Assembly: GCA_036507075.1 (NCBI GenBank)
Contig: DASXQR010000060.1
Coordinates: forward strand, 1 to 64,000
Reading direction: 5' to 3'
Length of the DNA stretch: 64,000 nt
Origin: Acidobacteriota bacterium
GTDB taxonomy: Bacteria; Acidobacteriota; UBA6911; JACQSX01
Below are positions 1-8,696 of the stretch, in pieces (within the stretch, counting starts at the first letter, position 1; each line of letters begins with the position of its first letter). Made by a program: the position numbers and the translations under genes. The notes under the pieces were generated by a model. It did no database searches. It was given only the letters and a program-made list of their open reading frames with translations, and was not told the origin of the DNA.

Positions 1-129
1 CGCACCCAAAGATGCAGCCCATGTCGATCGCGTCGCCATCACCCGAGCCCTCATAGCGCTCGGTTTACTTGCTCTCAGGAGGAGGCGAATTACTCTACAT
101 GTTAACCGCTCTTTTTACGCAAGAATTAA

Positions 130-525
130 ATGAGGCCTACATTGAAAGCATCGACACTACCAATCGATGGATTACAAGTAGATTGGGAAGCGGGCGGAGT
201 TAAACAAGATAGAGTTATCTTCGGGAATGCATCCGCGCTCGTTCAAAATCTCTTACAGAACAATCGATTTACGTTCGATACGACGCCAGGTCAAAATAGT
301 TTCCGCGAGAACGCACCCTGGGGAAGCCTCGAAATAACATTGCGTGCGGATGGCCGTATCGATGTGGACATCGATCTGGGCAATCCGTCTATGTTGAGAT
401 CATTGATCCCTCATTTAGCAGAGCTAATCAATCCACAAAGTACGAACCCATTTGCTGTTTACAACGTTTTGACCCAGGTTAGATCAGGGATAAATCCGGA
501 GTACAACTGTGAATCGCCGAAGTAA
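130..525 (+). CDS. hypothetical protein, possible polymorphic-toxin C-terminal cassette
   Basis: 131-aa ORF in an AT-richer segment with no clear SD. It overlaps the next gene by 17 nt. The toxin assignment is inferred from context only. Confidence 0.45.
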   Translation: MRPTLKASTLPIDGLQVDWEAGGVKQDRVIFGNASALVQNLLQNNRFTFDTTPGQNSFRENAPWGSLEITLRADGRIDVDIDLGNPSMLRSLIPHLAELINPQSTNPFAVYNVLTQVRSGINPEYNCESPK

Positions 526-1639
526 TTCTGTACTGTTACACGGTGTCTTGGAATGGGCACTGGTTATCTTTATTCTTTTGTTTACTGCCTGCTCCGAGAC
601 GAGCAGTCTCGCCAAAGTATCCGAAACTCCCAGAGATTGCGAACCGATAGAACCATTTACCGGTTTGACTGCAGATGCTGAGCAGATCCACAACATCGCG
701 ATTTCGGCTGACGACAAATGGTTGCTGGCGGATTTCAGCTCAAAGACTTACATCTGGCGTGTTCAAGACCAGCAGCTTGTGCTGGAGCTCGATGGATATG
801 CGGTTTCCACATTTCTTCCGCCTGGTAATACCGTCGTGAGTGCGCGCGACCAATCACTTAAAGTGCTCTCAATTATGGAACAGAAGACGATTCACGAGTT
901 CGACATCGGCGACCGCGCCACAAGTGTTGGTTGGAAGGATGTGGTGGTCGCGCCCGATAAGCCAATTGCAGCAGTTATAAATTGGGTGAATCGTGGTGTA
1001 CCCAATGCGCCTGTCGAAAACTGGGTGACTATTGTCGATGTTTCAGGCGGTGGCAAAGTAACCGAAGTAGGGAGAGTCGAGGGTGATTCGATCTCTGCAA
1101 TAGCGCTATCCGGAGATGGGAAGTTTCTCGCTATTGGCAGAACGACAGAAGCCACCATCGATGTTTGGGATCTCTCAAATCGAAGCCATTTTGGTCAGTT
1201 TAAACCGACTGTAGGTCTCGCCGACGTTGTCTTCACTAGAAGGACGGCGGCTCTGGCAATTTCTCGGGATGGATCCCTGTTAGCCTCGGCTCATGGCGAC
1301 GGCAAGATCAGGATCTGGAATTTGCCGGGTCGAAAGGAGGTGGGTACGTTCGCGGCAGATTCTCCGGACTCTCAGTTCAAGCTTCGGTTCACATCCGATG
1401 CAAGGTTGTTGATTGCAATTGCCGGCGGCAGTCTGTTTGTGTTGGACATGAGGTCGATGAACAGTTTATGTGCGTGCAAGGGTGAGTTCTCCGCTCATGC
1501 ACTTTTTGTCTCTGACACGGGTACTACCGCCACCATAATGCTCCGACCGATAGCTGCCGATGGGGGTGCAGTCAAAACGGGCTTCCAGCCCAGGTTGGTA
1601 TGGATCAACTCGAATGCGCTTCTGCGGTTGCCGCAGTGA
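509..1639 (+). CDS. WD40-repeat lipoprotein
   Basis: Hydrophobic N-terminus with lipobox LFTAC and WD40-like blades (IAISADDKWLL, IALSGDGKFLAIG..IDVWDL, LAISRDGSLLASAHGDGKIRIWNL). Confidence 0.8.
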   Translation: MNRRSNSVLLHGVLEWALVIFILLFTACSETSSLAKVSETPRDCEPIEPFTGLTADAEQIHNIAISADDKWLLADFSSKTYIWRVQDQQLVLELDGYAVSTFLPPGNTVVSARDQSLKVLSIMEQKTIHEFDIGDRATSVGWKDVVVAPDKPIAAVINWVNRGVPNAPVENWVTIVDVSGGGKVTEVGRVEGDSISAIALSGDGKFLAIGRTTEATIDVWDLSNRSHFGQFKPTVGLADVVFTRRTAALAISRDGSLLASAHGDGKIRIWNLPGRKEVGTFAADSPDSQFKLRFTSDARLLIAIAGGSLFVLDMRSMNSLCACKGEFSAHALFVSDTGTTATIMLRPIAADGGAVKTGFQPRLVWINSNALLRLPQ

Positions 1640-1792
1640 CATCGGTCGGCACTTGGATCAATGTTATCGCCAAAGGATTTGCGCCGGTGATACGCGCGCT
1701 GATTCTGACGTATTCGATAGCAGGCGCCCGGACGCCCGGTTTTCCATCGCCATAGCGCCGACTCGTCTACCTGGATCAGTTTTGCGAATCGC

Positions 1793-2047
1793 TTGCGGGA
1801 CCCGCGTTTTACGACGTACGCGGATGGAATGGCCTTTACTCTTTACGGAGGACGCGCCTGGTTTGATCGCGCCGGAGTCTCCACAGATGGGAGCAGTGAC
1901 TCATTTGTGTGGGTAGAAGATGCAGTGCCCGCCGGCTCGCTCACGGCCGGGGAAAACGAGAGCTGGGTCTGGGGACCGGATTACGTTACCTATGATTATC
2001 TTCCCGTCATGGGACAGAACAAGCTGATCATCACGCAAGGGGAATAG
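1793..2047 (+). pseudogene. fragment of a larger secreted/RHS-associated protein
   Basis: Protein-like stretch GMAFTLYGGRAWFDRAG..WVEDAVPAG..ESWVW with no good start, too short for a full domain. Family recalled, not searched. Confidence 0.45.
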
Positions 2048-2054
2048 TGAAGAG

Positions 2055-2313
2055 GAGACCGAGCGCCTCTCACCATCGAGAATCGAAAATCCAAGTGTGG
2101 TGGGAGCTTGTGTAACTTTCGTGTTCTTTTTGAAGCGACGTTTTTGCCGACCTTCTCGCGCTTGACCACAATACAGCGGGGACTTTTGTGGTGACGGAAG
2201 GGTCCGAACTTTGAGACCAGGCCAGGCAGTGGTATTTGGACTGCTTGAAAAGAGACTGAGTGCCTCTCACCAGCGAGCATCAAAAATCCAAGCGTGGTGG
2301 GAGCTTGTGTAAC
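2055..2313 (+). repeat. 62-bp imperfect direct repeat, 2 copies (2055-2116, 2252-2313)
   Basis: gagac(c/t)gag(c/t)gcctctcacca..aaaatccaag(t/c)gtggtgggagcttgtgtaac occurs twice, 197 bp apart. Confidence 0.9.
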
Positions 2314-2557
2314 AACTGTTGCTAAACTTGCGCTTATGAAGAATAAAACAAGCCCGATGGTGAGAGGCCACTATTTTCACTATTTTACTATTTTATTTTC
2401 TCGCACAGGCCGAACCCCCCCCATCATGATGGTGGCCCATCCGGAATCTCATCCACCGCTTCCCTGGCCGAGCCGATCACTTTGTTCATCTCGAGTCTCC
2501 GGCGAAAAAGGAAAATCATAGCAGATTTCGGGGAGATTAAACCTTTGGCGAGTCTGG

Positions 2558-2604
2558 CTTGGTGTCTTGGTGGCTCAGTCTTTTTTTACCACCAAGACAC
2601 CAAG
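2558..2604. repeat. REP-like palindrome, CTTGGTGTCTTGGTGG/CCACCAAGACACCAAG family (also ~13530-13571, ~31955-32001, ~33769-33913)
   Basis: The same inverted motif recurs in four intergenic regions. Confidence 0.8.
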
Positions 2605-2682
2605 CTCTCCAACTCTCATGCTGCAAGATTGATGCGGGTTGCGGCCTACGCCGGGTTGCGCCTTCACGTGAGAATTTAACGG

Positions 2683-4377
2683 CTACCGCACACTCAGGCC
2701 CTTGTCCTCGTCTGCCAGATAGAACTTGTCGGCCGCCACATTCGCGAACTCCTGCTTTTTGCCGCTCGGCCAGAACAGCTCCACTCTGTCGACTTTGACG
2801 CTGCTGCCCAAGCCAAATACCAGCGGAAGCTGGCTCTGGCTGCAGTAGCTTGAACCGCTGTGCACGACCTGCTGCTGGGCGGTTCCGCCGCTCCAGATCT
2901 TTACCAGGGTTCCGATCCCGTCCCTGTTGCTGCGAGATCCCCGGGTCTGCACGCTCAACCAGTGATGGGCGTTGATTCTTCGATTCTCGAACAGATAGGC
3001 CGGACCGTTGTTGGTCGTGACCACCAGGTCCAGGTCGCCATCGCGGTCAAAGTCGCCGCAGGCGGCGCCGCGCGCCACTTTCGGCCTGGCAAATTCAGCG
3101 CCTGCCTGCAGCGCGACGTCGGTAAACTGCTTTCGAGAGCGGTTCCAGAAAAGATGCGGCGGCTGCGCGTAAGTGACACGCTTCTGAACTTTATTGATGT
3201 CGTTCTCCACATGCCCGTTGGCCACATAGATATCCGGCCGGCCATCCAGGTCGAAATCGAAAAAGAAGGTGGCAAAGGCGAGCGTGAGAAGACTTTGCTG
3301 CCCGATCGTCGTGCTGGGCGCCTCGTCCACAAACAGACCGTTGCCTTCGTTGTGATAAAGCGACAGCATTTCGTTTGAAAAATTTCCGATCACCAGGCTG
3401 AAGGCGCCGCTTCCGTCATAATCGCCGGCGTCGACGCCCATGGCCCCGCGCGCCACGCCTTCCTCGCTGTACGCGATGCCCGCCAGCATTCCCTTCTCGG
3501 TGAAGGTGCCGTTGCGATTGTTCTGATACAGCTTGTTCGGCTGCGTGTCATTGGCCACAAAAAGATCAGGCCAACCGTCGCGGTTATAGTCGACCACGCA
3601 CACGCCCAGTCCTTTGGACGTGGGATCTTCCAGGCCCGCTTTCCTGGTTGCATCTTCAAACTTTCCGTTTCCCAGGTTCCGGTACAGCCGCCCGCTGACA
3701 CCGTTATAGGACTCCGGCGTGCAGTAGGACTTGTTTATTCCGTCCAGCGTGCAGTAAATATCCTTTTCCGGGCTCCACGCCACATAGTTGGCCACGTAGA
3801 GATCCAGCCGGCCGTCTTTGTCGAAATCAAACCACGCGGCGCTGGTTCCAAAATCACGGCCCTTGAGTCCGCTTGCCGCCGTGACATCGCTGAAGGTCTC
3901 ATTGCCGTTGTTGCGGTACAGCCTTCCGCCGTTCAGGGCGGAAACGTAAATATCGTCGCGCCCGTCATTGTCGTAGTCGCCCACTGCGCAGCCCATGCCG
4001 TACAACTCCACGGCTAGCCCCGCCGAACGGGTCACGTTGACGAATTTTTTTCCGCCCACATTCTTGTACAGCGCCATGTAAGTCGGGCCCTTGCCGCTTC
4101 CGGGCCAGTGGGCGCTGTTGATCAGCAGAATGTCCTGAAAACCATCGCCGTTGAAATCCAGGAAGGCGCAGCCGCTTCCCATCGTTTCGGGAAGGAATTT
4201 CTTGCCCGCAGCGCCGGAATTGTGAGTGAACCGGATGCCCAGTGCCCGCGTGACGTCAACATATTTCACACTCAGCGGCGGAGCCGCCGCACTGGGGGGA
4301 TTCAGGCGTGTCGGTAAAAAAGGCGCTAAAACCAGCAAAGCAAGCAGGAGGCGATTGTGGGATTCTAACTTCAACAT
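2683..4377 (-). CDS. CRTAC1-family ASPIC/UnbV + FG-GAP repeat protein
   Basis: Signal peptide after MLKLESHNR, repeated DxDxDGxxD motifs (DFNGDGFQDI, DYDNDGRDDI, DFDKDGRLDL) and C-terminal GSSYCSQSQLPLVFGLG..VELFWPSG. Start moved to ATG 4377, just after the upstream gene's stop. Confidence 0.9.
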   Translation of the reverse strand: MLKLESHNRLLLALLVLAPFLPTRLNPPSAAAPPLSVKYVDVTRALGIRFTHNSGAAGKKFLPETMGSGCAFLDFNGDGFQDILLINSAHWPGSGKGPTYMALYKNVGGKKFVNVTRSAGLAVELYGMGCAVGDYDNDGRDDIYVSALNGGRLYRNNGNETFSDVTAASGLKGRDFGTSAAWFDFDKDGRLDLYVANYVAWSPEKDIYCTLDGINKSYCTPESYNGVSGRLYRNLGNGKFEDATRKAGLEDPTSKGLGVCVVDYNRDGWPDLFVANDTQPNKLYQNNRNGTFTEKGMLAGIAYSEEGVARGAMGVDAGDYDGSGAFSLVIGNFSNEMLSLYHNEGNGLFVDEAPSTTIGQQSLLTLAFATFFFDFDLDGRPDIYVANGHVENDINKVQKRVTYAQPPHLFWNRSRKQFTDVALQAGAEFARPKVARGAACGDFDRDGDLDLVVTTNNGPAYLFENRRINAHHWLSVQTRGSRSNRDGIGTLVKIWSGGTAQQQVVHSGSSYCSQSQLPLVFGLGSSVKVDRVELFWPSGKKQEFANVAADKFYLADEDKGLSVR

Positions 4378-4384
4378 TTTCTGT

Positions 4385-7279
4385 TCAATTCTGGTATCCA
4401 GGCGAGGCTTTGAGATCGGCATAATCGAGGGCATTATAATGAACGTGAATTGGCTGGCGCTCGTTATTGTCATGCAGGTTCTGCCGGCGATAGGCGCCGG
4501 TGATAAACTGCGCCGCTTCTTCAGCCTTAAAGCGGCGGTAAAGCTTCTGCTCGCGCAGCGCGTTGGCCTCATCGCCAATTCCCTGGTAACAGAGCATCAG
4601 GTTGTAGTGGGCCTGCAGATCCTCCATGTCTATCTTCAAAGCCTCCTGAAACTCGCCAATGGCACTCCGAAAATCACGCTTCAGGAAAAGGACGCGCCCT
4701 GCCTGGTTTCGCACCACGCGATCGCGCGGATATGCGGAAAGCGTCTTTCGAAAATGCGCCAGGGCTTCGTCATAACGCCCCTGGGTCTTCAGAGTCAGCC
4801 CGTAGAAAAAGTGGGCGCGCGGCAGCGCAGGGTCCAGTTGCAGTGCCTTTTTGAGATACTCCTGCGCGCCCTCCGGATTGCCTTCCTGCACCCGCACTCT
4901 GGCCACGTTGACCCAGCCGTCCACGTATTGCGGCTCAATCTTCGTGACTTGCTGGAACACCCACTCGGCTCCTTTCAAGTCTCCCTGGAGCAGCAGGCCG
5001 ATTCCAAAATCATTCCAGCGTTCGCGTTCCTGCAATCGGGCATCGGCGACCTGGTCGAGTTTCTTTGCCACCTGGAGGCTCTTCTGATCCTCGGCCATTA
5101 CCACGATCGGCAGGTCCGGAATCTCTTTCAGCTCTCCGCTCACGTTCGAAGTGTCTCCGGTAAATATCCAGCGACCGTCATCGTGCGCGGCCGTCAGCGA
5201 GAAATCCTTGTGCTCGGGATCCCGCACTCCGGCATAAGCCCACTGCGTGTTCCACCAGGCGAACTTGCGATAGTTCACTTTGGCGGTAAATCGGATTTTC
5301 CCGGAAACGCCTTCCGGGATTTTCACGTTGAAGTGCACTGTGTCGGCGGCTCCGGGCGGAATCAGGCGCACGTAAAGAACGGAACGGGTCGCCCAGGCGT
5401 TCCGCTTGGTGATCGGGTTGCCATGTTCGTCCAGTTGAAACGATTTGTAGAAATGCGCTCCCGGTTCGACCGGCCCTTTTCGGCCGTTGTCGGGCGGATC
5501 CTGCGTCATGCCGCTCCAATAGAAGACATTTCCCTTCTCATCTTCGCCTTTCAGCTCGGTCCAGACGTCGAACGCGTCGACCGTTCCGCCGGGAAAAAAG
5601 TGGCCGATGCCGCGCGTTCGTACTACCACATGCACATTGACGGTTTCACCGGCGCGCACGGATGTTCCCTCTTTCGGCAGTGGAGCCACAAGCCTTGACG
5701 GATCGGTGATGGACCCGGCCGCCGCCGCTCCGCCCAATGACTCTTCACCCACGGCAAAGGTGCTGGAGAGCGCTACGTCACCCTCACCGGAACGCCTGCG
5801 CGCCTCTTCCTTGACGCCCACCGGCGCCGTGCCTTGGTGCGTGATTCCAAAAATATCCACCGTGAGCTGCTTGGCCTTCAAGAATTCTTCCACCACCTTG
5901 AGCTGCTCGGAATCCCTGTTGGCGACCGGAAGCGCCGTGTTGGCCCCAGGGAAACGATGCGAGTGAACTTTGCCGTTCACGTTGCCCGCGTCCCTTGAGT
6001 CCACCAGCGGCATATGGCAGCCCACGCACTTCTTTGGCTCCTTGGGATAGTAGAAGGACCTGGCGCCCTGGCCGGATACCCCGCTCGCCTGCCAGTTGTC
6101 GTAATCATTGAATCCGCGCACCCAGCGATAATGGTTCACCGGCACATCGAGGTGGACCTTGTGGCAACTGGAACAAAACTCGGCCGTGTTGTTCCGCACG
6201 AAAGGCTTCAAGAAGGTGCGGCGATGCGGCTTGGGGTTGATGCGCACCACAAAATCGTGCACTCCCTTGATGATCGGATTCTTGCTCACGGCAAGATCAT
6301 GCAGCGGCGGATACTCGATCACGAACCCGCCGTTGCCCATCGAATTCTTCACCTCCACAATGCTGTGGCATGAAGTGCAGGCCAGGCCGGCCTGGGCCTC
6401 CGGAGTGTTGATCTGGGGCTTGATCGGCTTTTCAAAACGGCCGTTGAAAAAAACGGCGTGATCGTGGCACCCGGCACACCACTTTGACGGAGTGGTGCCG
6501 ACAACATCCTGCATGTACTCGACGGACTTCCGGTACCACTGGTTATTGAAGGACGAAAAATGATGGGCAGAGGAAAACCACTGCTTGTAAATATCCGCGT
6601 GGCATCCTGACGTAGCGCACGAGTCCGAGTGCATGAAAAAGTTCGATGGGATGATGTTGCGCGTGTTCGTGTCGGAACTCGACGGGAAGAACGGTCTTGC
6701 CGTTCCACCCGCCTCTTCTTCCATCGAGAGCGGCGTCTGGATCTCGTTGTCGATGCTGTCAACCGGATCAGGATAAAAGCGCTGATAGGTCTTCACTCCC
6801 GTCGGAAGCAGAATCCCCAGGGCCATCAGAGTAAGCACAGAAAGCGCAAACCGTCCTCCGGGGATGCCTCCCGCGGAAGCAAGGTTCCGCTCGGCCGCTG
6901 CAGACTCATCGGCCTGAGCGGGTTTGTCCCGGCGCATGAACTGGTGCAGGCTTGACGCCAGCCAGGTGACGCTGCCAGCTGTCGCCAGACCTATGTGAAC
7001 GTAAACGAGCATCATATTGGCCCGCAGTGCGCCCACAAAAGTAAGCCAGATTCCCAGCGCGCCTCCCAACAGGAAAAGCAGGTAGCCCGCCTTCTGAAGC
7101 GAAGTGGAACAGAGCCTTCGACCGACTATCACAAAGAAGGCCAGCAGCGCCCATCCGCCTACCACATGCACCAGCGTGTTTAACACGTAGAGGACGGTGG
7201 GATCCGTGAAGGCGAAAACGTAGCCACTGTTGAGAAGAAAGAGCGCCACAGCCAGTGTGGCCAGTCGCCTGAGCGTCAT
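4385..7279 (-). CDS. membrane-anchored multiheme c-type cytochrome with C-terminal TPR repeats
   Basis: N-terminal TM helices, heme motifs CAGCH, CTSCH, CSSCH, CVGCH plus atypical CATSGCH, and TPR helices (AHFFYGLTLKTQGRYDEALAHF). Start moved to MTLRRL at 7279 because the upstream codons are repeat-derived. Confidence 0.88.
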   Translation of the reverse strand: MTLRRLATLAVALFLLNSGYVFAFTDPTVLYVLNTLVHVVGGWALLAFFVIVGRRLCSTSLQKAGYLLFLLGGALGIWLTFVGALRANMMLVYVHIGLATAGSVTWLASSLHQFMRRDKPAQADESAAAERNLASAGGIPGGRFALSVLTLMALGILLPTGVKTYQRFYPDPVDSIDNEIQTPLSMEEEAGGTARPFFPSSSDTNTRNIIPSNFFMHSDSCATSGCHADIYKQWFSSAHHFSSFNNQWYRKSVEYMQDVVGTTPSKWCAGCHDHAVFFNGRFEKPIKPQINTPEAQAGLACTSCHSIVEVKNSMGNGGFVIEYPPLHDLAVSKNPIIKGVHDFVVRINPKPHRRTFLKPFVRNNTAEFCSSCHKVHLDVPVNHYRWVRGFNDYDNWQASGVSGQGARSFYYPKEPKKCVGCHMPLVDSRDAGNVNGKVHSHRFPGANTALPVANRDSEQLKVVEEFLKAKQLTVDIFGITHQGTAPVGVKEEARRRSGEGDVALSSTFAVGEESLGGAAAAGSITDPSRLVAPLPKEGTSVRAGETVNVHVVVRTRGIGHFFPGGTVDAFDVWTELKGEDEKGNVFYWSGMTQDPPDNGRKGPVEPGAHFYKSFQLDEHGNPITKRNAWATRSVLYVRLIPPGAADTVHFNVKIPEGVSGKIRFTAKVNYRKFAWWNTQWAYAGVRDPEHKDFSLTAAHDDGRWIFTGDTSNVSGELKEIPDLPIVVMAEDQKSLQVAKKLDQVADARLQERERWNDFGIGLLLQGDLKGAEWVFQQVTKIEPQYVDGWVNVARVRVQEGNPEGAQEYLKKALQLDPALPRAHFFYGLTLKTQGRYDEALAHFRKTLSAYPRDRVVRNQAGRVLFLKRDFRSAIGEFQEALKIDMEDLQAHYNLMLCYQGIGDEANALREQKLYRRFKAEEAAQFITGAYRRQNLHDNNERQPIHVHYNALDYADLKASPGYQN

Positions 7280-7310
7280 GATGCAGAGCAGTAATTGAAA
7301 TTGAGGACTG

Positions 7311-7361
7311 AAATTGGGGACTGTCCCCAATCTAAATTTAAAAGGGGGACTGTCCCCAATT
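7311..7361. repeat. GGGGACAGTCCCC/GGGGACTGTCCCC palindromic REP cluster (also ~19884-19969, ~40715-40773)
   Basis: Two to three copies of the 13-bp palindrome, or a close variant, in each of three intergenic spacers. Confidence 0.85.
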
Positions 7362-7389
7362 AAGCGCAGCAATTAAGCGCATCTCGAAC

Positions 7390-8439
7390 TCAGAACCGGT
7401 GCGAATAACCGATCAGAATGATGTAATCCGCGAACGCCGCATCTCCTTGACGACCGACAAGAATATCGGACACGCTTCGCGTACGATTACGAGAAATCGC
7501 AAATGGGACGCTGAATCCGACCGTATCACCACCGCGAGAGAGGACCCAACCCGGCTCCAGGGAAACCGCATAACCGGGACGCCGAAATCCATTGCTCTTT
7601 CCGATCAAATCTCTTGCCGGGATCCCTTCCCAGCGCCCGGCCATAGTAAGCGAGAATCCATGCTCGGGAAAGATGGGATAGGATACGCCCAGGCGCAAAA
7701 GATACTGGTCAGCCACCGACATGATGGCCTCGGAGGGTCGACCGCGAAAAGTAGGCACTCCGTTTGTGTCTTTCGGGTTAAAGAGGTAGGTCCCCGCCAG
7801 CGTTACCGTACTCCTCTTGATCCGCTTGAATGCCATTGTATCCAGTATGAAGCCGTAACCGCCATCACCTGCCTGGATCGATTGATCAACCGTGCGTACC
7901 TGCGGACCGGACGCCGTCAGAAACGTATCGCTATTCCCCGGCTCCCCCGTGGGAAACTTTACTCCCAAACCCACGGATATATTCTGCTGCGAGTGCGTTG
8001 ATGGGTTACCCAGCCAGGTTCTTCCCGACACAGCGAGGTCCCCGATTCCATTTGTTTCGGTGGTGAAGCGGCTTCCAGCGGACCGTTGCGACCGATCGGC
8101 GATGAGCAGCGGCATACTGACTGACATGCTTAACCGTTCATTAAAGGAATACGTGGCGCCGAAATCCATCAAGTGAATGTTATTGAGCACTTCACTGCCC
8201 TCACTCAGACGGTTCTTCTGCTCTACTTTTCCGACAAAGTGGCGGTCCGATCTTTGGAATCGATAGCCTGTAAAGACCTGCCATTTCCCTTTGGCGAGAA
8301 ACGGGCTCCTGTCTGTGCCAATCACGGGCACGCTTGCGCGGGCGGCGACTCAACCTTGGCCGGAGGCGGTATTGGAGAATCCGGCGAAAAGGAAAGCCGC
8401 AATGTTCAGGGACGCTAAGCCGCGACAGAAATGGGACAT
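7390..8439 (-). CDS. outer-membrane transporter-like protein (MetA-pathway/'transporter' type), putative selenoprotein with in-frame TGA at codon 30
   Basis: SD GGAAGGAGAGG precedes ATG 8439. Signal peptide MSHFCRGLASLNIAAFLFAGFSNTASG is followed by QG-TGA-VAARASVPV, in frame with the 313-aa ORF. The body has GIGDL and GLGVKFPTG motifs and a barrel-type terminal YSHRF. Confidence 0.8.
8310..8349 (-). promoter_or_regulatory. candidate bacterial SECIS element
   Basis: Hairpin GTGCC-CGTGATT-GGCAC whose G-containing loop starts ~23 nt 3' of the TGA at 8350-8352. Confidence 0.5.
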
Positions 8440-8512
8440 TGATCCTCTCCTTCCACGCGTCATGTTTTCTTGAACAATCTGAGGCAAACAACACCGATTC
8501 GGCTAAGCCGAA

Positions 8513-8528
8513 AGCATCTGCCGTGCCA
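8513..8528 (-). promoter_or_regulatory. sigma-54 (-24/-12) promoter
   Basis: TGGCACG-GCAG-ATGCT versus consensus TGGCACG-N4-TTGCW, ~75 nt upstream of ATG 8439. An NtrC-type activator is encoded divergently. Confidence 0.75.
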
Positions 8529-8696
8529 AAAAGGCCTCCAGCCGAGTTCGTCTTTGTAAATATCTGTCTATAAAAGATAAAAGCGACCCACGGTGGCCGC
8601 TCTTCAAGCCTAAGGTGTTCTCTTTTCTCATAATCCATAAGAACTCCCTTAAGCTAATGACAGTCTTTATGGAGCGAGTCTCGCATTGACAACCCG

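Noticed and set aside
2055..2313. CRISPR or integron attC interpretation of the 62-bp repeat
   Set aside because: Only two long imperfect copies with a 135-bp spacer, no clear attC palindrome and no integrase.
4226..5698. 490-aa plus-strand ORF (and similar long antisense ORFs at 10312-11421, 32224-33201, 32913-33914, 40822-41754, 61467-62315, 62899-63651)
   Set aside because: Shadow frames opposite well-supported genes, with no recognisable motifs.
8350..8352. Simple pseudogene reading of the TGA
   Set aside because: Disfavoured but not excluded: SD, signal peptide, promoter and downstream frame are all intact and a SECIS-like hairpin follows.
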